A stretch of 64,000 bases of DNA from assembly GCF_003334785.1 (NCBI RefSeq), contig NZ_QOWV01000001.1; one strand, 5' to 3'. Source of the DNA: Escherichia coli (lineage in GTDB: Bacteria > Pseudomonadota > Gammaproteobacteria > Enterobacterales > Enterobacteriaceae). Of this stretch, positions 11,279-22,051 are shown in pieces. The notes under the pieces were generated by a model. That model made no database searches. It saw nothing but the letters and a program-made list of their open reading frames with translations, and was not told the DNA's origin. The position numbers and the translations under genes are program-made. Each line of letters begins with the position of its first letter. Position 1 is the first letter of the stretch.

Positions 11279-12532
11279 CTATTTTTGCGCCGATTCTTTA
11301 CTGTCAGCTTTCGTTTCTAGTTCATCGTTATCGCTGAAAATACCATGACCTGAGTTCAACAACATTGAAACGAGCATATCATTATTAATCTCTTCACCAT
11401 TTAAAACTCGCGCCAGAATTTCGCTGCCAAACAGTTGCGGTGAGAGAATGATATCCGGATGTACCATCTTAATCTTATTCAGGTTTTTGCTATCACTGAC
11501 GGCGAGAACTGTTTTGACATCACTGCTCATATCTTTTGCCGAGAGTACAACAAACGCGTTATCTGCATCGTTATCACTCAGCGCCAGAATGGCCCGGCAA
11601 CGATCGATTCCCGCTTTCTTTAATACAGAACTGTCATTACTGTCACCGGGGATAACATCAGCATTATCGCCTAAGCGTTGCTCAAGTTGCTTGATATCAT
11701 CTTCAGGCAAGTTGCTGATAACCGTTACGTTTTGTCCGCGTTGATTCAGTTGCAGGATCGTATTGATGGCGAGAATCGAATGTCCGCAAACAATAAAATG
11801 ATCTTTACGATGCATTGTATGATTGTTTCCTTTTACAAGTTTGTTGAATCCCCCGCGGATAAGCGGACCAAAAATTGAGGTCATAGATGTGGCAAAAACG
11901 GTAATGCCGGAAATAATGACCGAAATAGTGAACAATCGTGCTGATTCAGAAACAGGGACAATATCGCCATAGCCGACGGTTGACATGGTTTCTATCGAAA
12001 AATAGAACGCGGTCATCAAACTTTCTATTCGCGGATTAAAACCTTCGCTTAAATAAAGCGCACCGTAGGTTGAGTAAAACAGTAATGTCGTGAAACTAAT
12101 AAATGCAAAAATTGTCCCGGCTGCGGCGCTACTGTGGGAGAAGTCTTTGCGCAGTATCAGCAAAAACACCAGCGTAAAAATGCAAAATCCAATACTAAAT
12201 TTCAGCCAGGGATAAAAATGCAGGGTGTAAATTAGCGCTATCAACAACAAAATGATACTGATTGCCCATGCGAGCTTTGCCCGGAACAGTAAGCCAATGG
12301 AGTTCAGGACAAGAAAGACGCCGAGCATAAAGAGTGGGGCGTTTGCCAGCAAGGAGAGATCCAACTCTGAAAATGCTTTGATATGGAAAATATCAAGCAA
12401 ATTGACCGACATACCATAGATTGTTTTAAAAATAAGCAATCCATTTAAAAAGACGGCCAGCGCGAGAATGTCGTGCCGAAGGGTCACCCATAAATTTGTT
12501 GCTGTTTGTTTGAATGTAGCCCAGTGACTCAC
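11279..12532 (-). CDS. kch: Voltage-gated K+ channel Kch (TVGYGD filter, C-terminal RCK/TrkA domain)
   Basis: METMSTVGYGD selectivity filter; start taken as GTG 12532 (MSHWATF..., 417 aa), alternative GTG at 12550. Confidence 0.9.
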   Translation of the reverse strand: MSHWATFKQTATNLWVTLRHDILALAVFLNGLLIFKTIYGMSVNLLDIFHIKAFSELDLSLLANAPLFMLGVFLVLNSIGLLFRAKLAWAISIILLLIALIYTLHFYPWLKFSIGFCIFTLVFLLILRKDFSHSSAAAGTIFAFISFTTLLFYSTYGALYLSEGFNPRIESLMTAFYFSIETMSTVGYGDIVPVSESARLFTISVIISGITVFATSMTSIFGPLIRGGFNKLVKGNNHTMHRKDHFIVCGHSILAINTILQLNQRGQNVTVISNLPEDDIKQLEQRLGDNADVIPGDSNDSSVLKKAGIDRCRAILALSDNDADNAFVVLSAKDMSSDVKTVLAVSDSKNLNKIKMVHPDIILSPQLFGSEILARVLNGEEINNDMLVSMLLNSGHGIFSDNDELETKADSKESAQK

Positions 12533-12780
12533 TGATACCTCTGTAACCACAATTTTGTTTAATTATCTTAGCGTGCACATTTTCTGAACATACATGCAGC
12601 GCGTGAATGTGTTAAACAATAGTAGATGACTTTATCCGCAGTAATCAAAGGATTTGAGCGAGCAACTGTACCTCAGGAAAGGTCATTTTTCCTGAATATG
12701 CTCACATCATATAAAGAAATACAGATAAAGTTATTATCTGCTTGTGGTGGTGAATGCACTGACCGGCTATAAGGAAAGGC

Positions 12781-12809
12781 CAAACAAGAACACGGTTGCA
12801 AAAACCGTG
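12781..12809 (-). terminator. Putative yciI terminator
   Basis: cacggtt/aaccgtg hairpin 12791-12809 followed on the minus strand by T-rich ttcttgtttg. Confidence 0.45.
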
Positions 12810-12831
12810 CCCTTAAATATTGAATCTCTAT

Positions 12832-13128
12832 TCAGAACACTTTCTTAAATGGTTTCACTGAAACGTGTTCATAGACTCCTGCCGCTACGTACGGGTCAGC
12901 ATCGGCCCAGGCCTGAGCTGCTTCCAGCGATTCAAATTCAGCAATAACGGTTGAGCCAGTAAATCCCGCAGCCCCTGGATCGTTACTGTCTACCGCTGGC
13001 ATTGGACCAGCTGTCAACAAACGACCTTCATCATGCAGTAACTGTAAACGTGCTAAATGTGCCGGACGAACGGAAAGGCGTTTTTCGAGGCTATCAGCTT
13101 TGTCTTGAGCGTAAATAACATACAACAC
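12832..13128 (-). CDS. yciI: YciI-like protein (Dabb fold)
   Basis: 98 aa from GTG 13128 with AGGAG SD; ORF-track N-terminal extension rejected. Confidence 0.85.
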
Positions 13129-13275
13129 GGGCACAACTCCTTGTTCGGGAAAGTTGTAAAGTACGTTATTTGAAAGGGCGAAGATCTGCAACGGAAAGAT
13201 GATGTCTTTGTTAAGGCCATGCATAAAGTAAGGGTAATTACGCCAAAAATGACATTTTCACTGATCCTGATCGTC

Positions 13276-13310
13276 TTGCCTTATTGAATATGATTGCTAT
13301 TTGCATTTAA
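13276..13310 (+). promoter_or_regulatory. tonB promoter region with Fur-box-like AT-rich dyad
   Basis: tgaatatgattgctatttgcatttaaaatcgagacc about 40-75 nt upstream of tonB ATG; tonB is Fur-regulated (established knowledge); exact box not verified. Confidence 0.45.
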
Positions 13311-13351
13311 AATCGAGACCTGGTTTTTCTACTGAAATGATTATGACTTCA

Positions 13352-14071
13352 ATGACCCTTGATTTACCTCGCCGCTTCCCCTGGCCGACGTTACTTTCGG
13401 TCTGCATTCATGGTGCTGTTGTGGCGGGTCTGCTCTATACCTCGGTACATCAGGTTATTGAACTACCTGCGCCTGCGCAGCCGATTTCTGTCACGATGGT
13501 TACGCCTGCTGATCTCGAACCGCCACAAGCCGTTCAGCCGCCACCGGAGCCGGTGGTAGAGCCAGAACCGGAACCTGAGCCGATCCCCGAACCGCCAAAA
13601 GAAGCACCGGTGGTCATTGAAAAGCCGAAGCCGAAACCTAAGCCAAAACCGAAGCCGGTGAAAAAGGTACAGGAGCAGCCAAAACGCGATGTCAAACCCG
13701 TAGAGTCGCGTCCGGCATCACCGTTTGAAAATACGGCACCGGCACGCCTGACATCAAGTACAGCAACGGCTGCAACCAGCAAGCCGGTTACCAGTGTGGC
13801 TTCAGGACCACGCGCATTAAGCCGTAATCAGCCGCAGTATCCGGCACGAGCACAGGCATTGCGCATTGAAGGGCAGGTTAAAGTTAAATTTGACGTTACG
13901 CCGGATGGTCGCGTGGATAACGTACAAATCCTCTCAGCCAAGCCTGCGAACATGTTTGAGCGTGAGGTGAAAAATGCGATGCGCAGATGGCGTTATGAGC
14001 CGGGTAAGCCAGGCAGTGGGATTGTGGTGAATATCCTGTTTAAAATTAACGGCACCACCGAAATTCAGTAA
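13352..14071 (+). CDS. tonB: Energy transducer TonB
   Basis: 239 aa from ATG 13352 (MTLDLPRRFPWPTLLSVCIHGAVVAGLLYT...), (EP)n and (KP)n proline-rich repeats, C-terminal TonB domain. Confidence 0.96.
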   Translation: MTLDLPRRFPWPTLLSVCIHGAVVAGLLYTSVHQVIELPAPAQPISVTMVTPADLEPPQAVQPPPEPVVEPEPEPEPIPEPPKEAPVVIEKPKPKPKPKPKPVKKVQEQPKRDVKPVESRPASPFENTAPARLTSSTATAATSKPVTSVASGPRALSRNQPQYPARAQALRIEGQVKVKFDVTPDGRVDNVQILSAKPANMFEREVKNAMRRWRYEPGKPGSGIVVNILFKINGTTEIQ

Positions 14072-14078
14072 GCAGAAA

Positions 14079-14108
14079 GTCAAAAGCCTCCGACCGGAGG
14101 CTTTTGAC
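14079..14108. terminator. Bidirectional rho-independent terminator between convergent tonB and yciA
   Basis: Perfect palindrome gtcaaaagcctccg/cggaggcttttgac flanked by A/T runs on both strands. Confidence 0.85.
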
Positions 14109-14110
14109 TA

Positions 14111-14509
14111 TTACTCAACAGGTAAGGCGCGAGGTTTTCCTTCAGGATCAACCGCGACATACTTAAATAATGCTTCTGTCGCTTTATAGCGTTGCCCAAT
14201 TGGTTCAGACGCTACTTTTTTCACCCACACTTCAATATTAATGCTGACCGATGTCGTCCCTTTCTGGACACAGCGTGCATAGCAGCACACCACATCGCCG
14301 ACCGCAACCGGCCGTAAGAAAGTCATTCCTTCAACCCGCACAGTCACTACGCGACCGTGGGCAATTTCTTTTGCCAGAATAGCGCCGCCAATATCCATTT
14401 GTGACATTAACCAACCACCAAAGATGTCACCATTGGCATTGGTATCGGCGGGCATGGCTAAAGTACGTAAAACAAGATCGCCCTGAGGGACGTTATGTGT
14501 TGTAGACAT
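14111..14509 (-). CDS. yciA: Acyl-CoA thioesterase YciA (hotdog fold)
   Basis: 132-aa ORF, recognised sequence and synteny. Confidence 0.92.
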   Translation of the reverse strand: MSTTHNVPQGDLVLRTLAMPADTNANGDIFGGWLMSQMDIGGAILAKEIAHGRVVTVRVEGMTFLRPVAVGDVVCCYARCVQKGTTSVSINIEVWVKKVASEPIGQRYKATEALFKYVAVDPEGKPRALPVE

Positions 14510-14613
14510 GGTAAAACCGACTTAAAAGGAAAATCACAGGCGCGATGCTACTATGATTTTCCTGAGGAGAACAGAGGAGATACAGCGCCAGCCCCGAAGG
14601 ACTGGCAGTCTGG

Positions 14614-15153
14614 TTAGGATTTATCTTCCTGCGGCATGTGGCGGTAGATATAGATACCGCTTAACAATGTGAAGATTAAGGTAAGGGCGGTCAGGCCAAA
14701 GACTTTAAAGTTGACCCAAATATTTTGCGGCAGCCAGAATGCGATGTAGATGTTTGCCAGACCGCAAAGGATAAAGAAAACAGCCCAGGCCAGATTCAGC
14801 TTCGACCATACCGGTTGCGGCAGCGTGAGTTCTTTACCCAGCATCCGCTGAATTAGCGGCTTTTTCATCACCCATTGGCTGACTAACAGGGCTCCCGCAA
14901 ATAGAGCATAAATGACTGTAACCTTCCATTTAATAAACTCATCATTGTGGAAGAACAGCGTCAAGCCACCGAAGACGACCACCAGAACAAAAGTGATCAG
15001 GGCCATCTTCTCAACCTTACGAAAGCGAACCCAGCTATAGATAAGCACAATCGCCGTGGCGACGATCAGCGCCGCAGTAGCCGCATAGATGTCATAAATC
15101 TTGTAAAACGCGAAAAAGACAACCAGCGGTAAAAAATCAAGAAACTGCTTCAT
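14614..15153 (-). CDS. yciB: Intracellular septation / inner membrane protein YciB
   Basis: 179-aa polytopic membrane ORF. Confidence 0.92.
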   Translation of the reverse strand: MKQFLDFLPLVVFFAFYKIYDIYAATAALIVATAIVLIYSWVRFRKVEKMALITFVLVVVFGGLTLFFHNDEFIKWKVTVIYALFAGALLVSQWVMKKPLIQRMLGKELTLPQPVWSKLNLAWAVFFILCGLANIYIAFWLPQNIWVNFKVFGLTALTLIFTLLSGIYIYRHMPQEDKS

Positions 15154-15182
15154 TTTACGATTCCGTAATCAAATGCTTAAGG

Positions 15183-15926
15183 TTATTGGCGAATCAACAT
15201 ATACAGGCGGAACAGATAGATGAGCAATATGGCTGAAATCAGGTTGCTCAAGGTGTTCGCCAGTACGGCACCAATTTCCGGGGTTAATGCGGCAAAAGAA
15301 GAGGCAAAAAGCAGCAACAGTGTTTTTGCCAGCAACCAGCTCAGTACTGCGGGTGCCACCAGACGCATATTCGCCCAAGTCAGCCGCATACTGCTACGCA
15401 TCGAGGCAAAAACGCCCATTTTGTCCTGTACCAACATCACCGGTGCCAGGGCCAGTAAAATGGCCATGATAATTCCCGGAACGACCACCAGCATGATGCC
15501 AATCTGTACTAAAAGGGTAGTCAGAAAAATCAGAATAAATAACTTTGGCAATATCGGCGCACTGGCACCAATAGCTCGCAGCGCACTGACTCTCTGACCC
15601 GCAGACACCAGCTGGATAATTAATATTACGCCTCCGGCGAGAATGGCGTTACCGATTAATCCTGAAAAAGTGGACGCCGCTGAAGCCTGCAGCAAAATTT
15701 GTTGCTGTTCCGGTGACATATTCTGAACCAGGTCGAACAACCCACTACTGCCGCTAACGGGCACGCCGTCATTGAGCTGCGCAAGCTGTGCATCACTGGG
15801 TGAGAAAACATGCCCTAACACCACTGTGATAAACGCACATAGCAACGATACCAACAGAATGGTCATAAATTGATTACGGAAGAAATTTCCGGTGTCACGG
15901 TATACGGACTGCGCCGTGATAGACAT
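15183..15926 (-). CDS. yciC: UPF0259 inner membrane protein YciC
   Basis: 247-aa polytopic membrane ORF. Confidence 0.9.
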
Positions 15927-16282
15927 GCACTCTCCTTGAGTTTTATGCAGGTGTTAATTAGCGGGCAATTGTACCCTGGTTAAGCCTCGGGTGGCAGCAT
16001 CAGGTCTTGTATGGAAAAGCATATCTTTGTAAAGCGGAGGTAATTGCTGGCCTTCAGGCATGGGCAAATCGCGGCAAGTGGCGACCGAGTTAATATTTGC
16101 GTAGCGAAAATATTTAAAAATTGATTTAAATCACATTAACCAGGATTCTCAATGCAACTTCTAAATTAATCCAGATCAATAAAGGGTGAATTATCATATG
16201 TAATGTGATCTATGTAGGATCATTTGTTACTCCAATGTAGGTATATTCGTCACGTTTTTATAACCATAACGACGGAGCGGAT

Positions 16283-16921
16283 ATGAAAAAGTTAACAGTG
16301 GCGGCTTTGGCAGTAACAACTCTTCTCTCTGGCAGTGCCTTTGCGCATGAAGCAGGCGAATTTTTTATGCGTGCAGGTTCTGCAACCGTACGTCCAACAG
16401 AAGGTGCTGGTGGTACGTTAGGAAGTCTGGGTGGATTCAGCGTGACCAATAACACGCAACTGGGCCTTACGTTTACTTATATGGCGACCGACAACATTGG
16501 TGTGGAATTACTGGCAGCGACGCCGTTCCGCCATAAAATCGGCACCCGGGCGACCGGCGATATTGCAACCGTTCATCATCTGCCACCAACACTGATGGCG
16601 CAGTGGTATTTTGGTGATGCCAGCAGCAAATTCCGTCCTTACGTTGGGGCAGGTATTAACTACACCACCTTCTTTGATAATGGATTTAACGATCATGGCA
16701 AAGAGGCAGGGCTTTCCGATCTCAGTCTGAAAGATTCCTGGGGAGCTGCCGGGCAGGTGGGGGTTGATTATCTGATTAACCGTGACTGGTTGGTTAACAT
16801 GTCAGTGTGGTACATGGATATCGATACCACCGCCAATTATAAGCTGGGCGGTGCACAGCAACACGATAGCGTACGCCTCGATCCGTGGGTGTTTATGTTC
16901 TCAGCAGGATATCGTTTTTAA
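16283..16921 (+). CDS. ompW: Outer membrane protein W
   Basis: 212 aa with signal peptide MKKLTVAALAVTTLLSGSAFA and beta-barrel ending ...AGYRF. Confidence 0.95.
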   Translation: MKKLTVAALAVTTLLSGSAFAHEAGEFFMRAGSATVRPTEGAGGTLGSLGGFSVTNNTQLGLTFTYMATDNIGVELLAATPFRHKIGTRATGDIATVHHLPPTLMAQWYFGDASSKFRPYVGAGINYTTFFDNGFNDHGKEAGLSDLSLKDSWGAAGQVGVDYLINRDWLVNMSVWYMDIDTTANYKLGGAQQHDSVRLDPWVFMFSAGYRF

Positions 16922-16935
16922 TTCCGCACAAAAAC

Positions 16936-16956
16936 GACCCCGTAATATACGGGGTC
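16936..16956. terminator. Hairpin between convergent ompW and yciE
   Basis: gaccccgta/tacggggtc inverted repeat 15 nt after ompW stop. Confidence 0.6.
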
Positions 16957-16980
16957 AATAAGGACATGGTATAAAGGGTA

Positions 16981-17487
16981 TTATTTCTTCGCTTCTACGC
17001 CATCAGTTTCAGAGCGAATTAAAAATTTCTCAGTTGTTTGCGGAATATTCTGAATCAGCCAGTCGGCCATTTGCTTTTCCTCATTTAAAATCGCTTCGAT
17101 GGTTGGAATTGAAGCTGTATCACCGGCATTTTTTGCTGCTGCTAATAGTGAGGTGTAACAGGCGATTTCAAATTGCTCGAAGACATATCCGCTAATAGAG
17201 CCTTTGACTATTTCATCAGAAGGGAATATACCACCGATTGACTGCCCAAGCGCAGCCATTTTACTCATGGAATCTTTAATGACTGAACGTGAAATGTCAT
17301 TACGATCAAGAATAGTTTCCAGTTGAACAATCTGGTTTTTGGTTTCACTAAGATGTTGTTCAATACGAGCGCGTAGTTCAGGATAATTATCTATACGGCT
17401 GGCCATGGATTCAAGCATAGATTCGGCTTGCTTTTCCATTGCGTGGGCGTCACGTAACCAGTCATGATAATGTTCAATACGATTCAT
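16981..17487 (-). CDS. yciE: Ferritin-like DUF892 stress protein YciE
   Basis: 168 aa; paralogous to adjacent yciF. Confidence 0.92.
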   Translation of the reverse strand: MNRIEHYHDWLRDAHAMEKQAESMLESMASRIDNYPELRARIEQHLSETKNQIVQLETILDRNDISRSVIKDSMSKMAALGQSIGGIFPSDEIVKGSISGYVFEQFEIACYTSLLAAAKNAGDTASIPTIEAILNEEKQMADWLIQNIPQTTEKFLIRSETDGVEAKK

Positions 17488-17532
17488 GAAAATGTCCTCT
17501 TTATAAAATGACTAAAAGTTAAAATTCATATT

Positions 17533-18033
17533 TCAGGCTTTATTTTCGGCTTTCTTATTTACGTTATTAATGGCCAGATCAGTCAGTTTGATGTCGGTGG
17601 CCTTTTCTTCTTCCAGGGTTTCTTTCAGAAGCTTCGCTGCTTTACGGTAACCTAATTGTTCAGCCAGCGTCGCTAATGTCCCGTAACTGGCAATCTCATA
17701 ATGCTCGACTTTCTGTGCTGCGGCAATCAGTGCGGCATCACGCACTTCGTTTTTCTCGGTACTTTCGATGACCTCATTAGCTTCTTCAATAAGACCTTCC
17801 ATTGCCACACATTTCATGCGCTTAATTTTCAGGTTCGATTCGGACTCCACAACTTGATCAATACGTTCAATCTGTCCATGAGTTTCCTCGAGGTGCGCAT
17901 GAAAAGCCTGACTTAATTTTTCATTTGATGTTGCTCTTGCGAGTTTTGCCAGTGCCCGGGTTAATTGTTTTTCTGCGCTGTAGGTATCTGAAAGCAGGTG
18001 AATAAATACATCTTCAATGGTCTTCATATTCAT
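17533..18033 (-). CDS. yciF: Ferritin-like DUF892 stress protein YciF
   Basis: 166 aa from ATG 18033 (MNMKTIEDVF...); ORF-track extension to 18081 rejected. Confidence 0.92.
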   Translation of the reverse strand: MNMKTIEDVFIHLLSDTYSAEKQLTRALAKLARATSNEKLSQAFHAHLEETHGQIERIDQVVESESNLKIKRMKCVAMEGLIEEANEVIESTEKNEVRDAALIAAAQKVEHYEIASYGTLATLAEQLGYRKAAKLLKETLEEEKATDIKLTDLAINNVNKKAENKA

Positions 18034-18118
18034 ATTTTTCTCCAGTGAAATCACTGCGAGCCATACGGCCCGCAGATGCAATTATCTTTATCAGCTGATA
18101 TTAATAATTAACGGTGAA

Positions 18119-18298
18119 TCAGGATTTGCCTGATTTATTACCACCGCTTTGTTGACCGCCTTTTTTACCCGCTTCAGATGCGCGTTGCGGATCATTTTTA
18201 AAATTACCGCCGCTATGCTGACCGCCTTTACGGCCTGCGTCGGATGCCTTCTCACGGTCTTCGGCGAAATTTCCTGAACCACCACGATGTTCGGCCAT
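18119..18298 (-). CDS. yciG: KGG-repeat stress protein YciG
   Basis: 59 aa from ATG 18298 (MAEHRGGSGNFAED...), with repeated ...SDAGRKGGQHSGGN / ...SEAGKKGGQQSGGN units. Confidence 0.88.
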   Translation of the reverse strand: MAEHRGGSGNFAEDREKASDAGRKGGQHSGGNFKNDPQRASEAGKKGGQQSGGNKSGKS

Positions 18299-18645
18299 GT
18301 TATTTCTCCCGTTGCGTTGCATTGTTTCATTAATATGAGTGTTGTGTGTCGACACTCATTAAAATTAGTCGCTAATGAGAATTAGTCAAATTAAGCGCAA
18401 CGAGAAGATAGAGGGAAAATATATTTTGAGGAACATTCTGGATATATTAACAATTACCTGAGGAATAAGTGACTTAGAGAAAATTATTGATTTTACTGGT
18501 GTTATGTTGCGGGATTAATTTGTTTGATTATATTACTGTTGGGCGGAAAAATGACGTAAGTTGACGTTCGACCGGGGTAAGCGAAACGGTAAAAAGATAA
18601 ATATTAAATGAATTTAGGATTTTTCCGGCTTCATTAAAGAAAGTT

Positions 18646-18675
18646 AAAATGCCGCCAGCGGAACTGGCGGCTGTG
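18646..18675 (-). terminator. trp operon terminator (trp t)
   Basis: Minus strand reads cagccgccagttccgctggcggcatttt directly after trpA stop. Confidence 0.85.
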
Positions 18676-18678
18676 GGA

Positions 18679-19485
18679 TTAACTGCGCGTCGCCGCTTTC
18701 ATCGGTTGTACAAAAACTTTCAGTGCCGCCAGCATTTTCTCTGGCTCATTAATATGTTGCTCGATGATTTTAACAATGGCCGAACCAGAAATCGCGCCCG
18801 CAGCTCCTGCATCAATCGCTGCTTTTACCTGATCCGGGGCGGAAATACCAAATCCCTGCAATGGAGGTGCAGCGTTGTACTCTTTCAGCTTCGCAACCAG
18901 ATGATTGAGGGGTAACGCGGCGCGGTTTTCTGCGCCGGTCACGCCTGCTCGTGACAGCAAATAGGTGTAACCACGACCGTAAGAGGCTATCTGGCGCAGC
19001 AGGTCGTCATCGGCATTTGGCGGGCAGATGAAGATAGGTGCGACATTATGACGCAACGCGGCCTGGCGGAAGGGCGCGGACTCTTCAACTGGCACATCGG
19101 CAACCAGCACCGAATCGACGCCGACTTTTTCGCACTGGGCATAAAACTCATCAATGCCTTTGTTAAACACCAGATTGGCATACATCAACAGGCCAATGGG
19201 AATGGTCGGGTGTTTCTGGCGAATCAGTGCCAGCATTTCAAAACATTGTGCCGGAGTCACACCTGCCGCAAAGGCGCGCAGAGTGGCGTTTTGAATCGTC
19301 GGGCCATCCGCCAGTGGGTCGGAGAAGGGGATACCTAACTCCAGCGCGTCAGCACCGGCTTCAATTAGCGTATCGATAATTTTCAATGACTGCTCAATGC
19401 CCGGATCACCGAGCGTGACGAAAGGAACGAATGCGCCTTCTTTGCGCTCCTTCAACTGGGCAAACAGAGATTCGTAGCGTTCCAT
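18679..19485 (-). CDS. trpA: Tryptophan synthase alpha subunit
   Basis: 268 aa [28 protein letters not shown]... Confidence 0.97.
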
Positions 19486-20678
19486 CAGATTTCCCCTCGT
19501 GCTTTCAAAATATCGTGAACGGTGAAGATGTCTTTATCGCCGCGACCGGAAAGGTTAACCACCAGTAGCTGCTCTTTATCCGGGTTTTCGCGCATCATTT
19601 TCAACGCATGGGCCAGGGCGTGGGAGGATTCCAGCGCCGGGATGATCCCTTCGTGCAGGCACAGCGTTTTGAAGGCTTCAAGGGCTTCATCATCGGTAAT
19701 AGACACGTAATCAGCGCGTCCAGTGCTGTTAAGATACGCGTGTTGTGGGCCGACAGACGGGAAATCCAGTCCGGCGGAGATGGAGTAAGATTCTTCAATC
19801 TGCCCGTCTTCGGTTTGCATCATCGGCGCTTTCATACCGAAATAGATACCCACGCGACCATGTTTTAGCGGTGCGCCGTGCTCGCCAGTTTCGATACCGT
19901 GACCACCTGGCTCCACACCAATCAGGCCGACGTTGGTTTCATTGATGAAATCAGCAAACATGCCGATGGCATTCGAACCGCCGCCAACACAGGCGATAAC
20001 GGCATCCGGCAGGCGACCTTCTCTTTCCAGAATCTGCGCTTTGGTTTCTTCGCCAATCATCCGCTGAAACTCACGCACAATGGTCGGATAAGGATGCGGG
20101 CCAGCTGCGGTGCCCAGCATATAGTGCGCGGTTTCGTAACTACCGGACCAGTCGCGCAGCGCCTCGTTACAGGCATCTTTCAGCGTCGCGGAACCGCTAT
20201 GCACCGGGATCACTTCCGCACCCATTAAGCGCATACGAAAAACGTTAGGCGACTGGCGTTCAACGTCTTTGGCACCCATATAAATACGGCATTTCAGGCC
20301 GAGCAGGGCGCTGGCAAGGGCCGACGCCACGCCATGCTGACCGGCACCGGTTTCGGCGATGATTTCGGTTTTACCCATCCGCTTCGCCAGCAACGCCTGC
20401 CCCAGCACCTGGTTAGTTTTATGCGCGCCGCCGTGCAGCAAATCTTCACGCTTGAGATACAGCGTGGTGTTCGTCCCGGCTGTAATGTTCTGGCATTTGG
20501 TCAGCGCGGTTGGACGCCCGGCATAGTTTTTCAGCAGGTCGTTGAACTGAGCCTGAAATTCAGGATCTTTTTGCGCACTGACAAAAGCTTCTTCCAGCTG
20601 GCGCAGAGCAGGCATCAGGATTTGTGGCACGTACATGCCGCCAAACTCACCAAAATAGGGGTTAAGTAATGTTGTCAT
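19485..20678 (-). CDS. trpB: Tryptophan synthase beta subunit
   Basis: 397 aa [21 protein letters not shown]...; 1-nt overlap with trpA. Confidence 0.97.
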
Positions 20679-20689
20679 TGTTCCTTTCC

Positions 20690-22051
20690 TTAATATGCGC
20701 GCAGCGTCTGGAAAACCGAGGCCAAAAGACGTGCGTCTTTGATGCCCGGTTGCGACTCTACAGCAGAATTAAAATCAAGTCCGGCGCAGCCGGTTTGTGC
20801 CGCTTCCACGCAGTTATCTGCGCCTAAGCCCCCCGCCAGCAGAACGTTGCCAAGCGATTGACCATTTAATAGTGACCAGTCAAAACGTTGCCCGCTTCCA
20901 CCCTGGCCGTTGTCTAAAACATATTTATCAACGTGCTGAAACTCGCGGGCGGGCAGGGTTTCACCGACGCTTAATGCTTTCCAGATGGCAACATGTGCTG
21001 GCAGAGCTTCACGCAGCGTATCGATATACAGCTGTTCTTCATTACCATGCAGTTGCACTGCCGCCAGCGATAACACCTTAGCTTTGTCCACCACATCGGC
21101 AATATCGTGATTGCGGAACACGCCAACATACTGCAACGGTGCCGCAGCCATCACTTCCTGCGCCTGTTCAACGTTGACGCAACGCGGTGATGTCGCAACA
21201 AAAATCAACCCACCGTAAATCGCGCCCGCGTCATAAGCTGCTTTAGCATCTTGCCCACGCGTCAGGCCACATACTTTATTCTCACCCAGCAACACCCGGC
21301 GCACGGCGGCGTGCAAATCGTCATGGGCCATCAACGCCGAACCAATCAGAAAACCGTTAGCGAAGTGGCTTAACTCGCGCACCTGAGCGTAAGTATTGAT
21401 GCCGGATTCGCTGATTACCGTCACGTTGTGCCCCAGTTTCGGCGCAAGCTCGCGGGTACGGTTGAGATCAATCGACAAATCACGCAGATCGCGGTTGTTG
21501 ATGCCAACGACCTTTGCTCCCAATGCAATGGCGCGCTCCTGTTCCTCTTCATTACTGACTTCGGTCAGCACCCCCATCTCCAGACTGTGAGCGACGGCGG
21601 CAAGCTGGCGATATTGGTCGTCATCCAGTACTGAAAGCATTAATAAGCAGGCATCGGCCTGGTAATAGCGCGCCAGATAGATCTGGTAAGGGTCGATAAT
21701 GAAGTCTTTACATAAAATCGGCTGCGGGGCGATTTGGCTGACGATGGGGAGGAAATTAAAGCTCCCCTGAAAATATTTCTCATCAGTCAGCACCGAAATT
21801 GCCGAAGCGTAATGTTTATAAATGGCGGCAATGCGTGCTGGATCGAAATCATCACGGATCACGCCTTTTGACGGCGACGCTTTCTTGCACTCCAGAATAA
21901 ACGCCGTGCGCGCACCCTGTAGCGCATCATAAAAATGTCGCGTGCTCGGCTGAACCTCATTCTGAAAACTGGCCAGCGGTTGCTGCTGTTTGCGGGCTTC
22001 TACCCAAATCGCCTTGTCTGCGACGATTTTCGCTAAAACGGTTTGCATCAT
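20690..22051 (-). CDS. trpC: Bifunctional indole-3-glycerol-phosphate synthase / phosphoribosylanthranilate isomerase
   Basis: 453 aa [26 protein letters not shown]... Confidence 0.96.

Noticed and set aside
13534-13782. Gly-rich 82-aa minus-strand ORF
   Set aside because: Artefact of the complement of the tonB Pro-rich repeat codons; lies entirely inside tonB.
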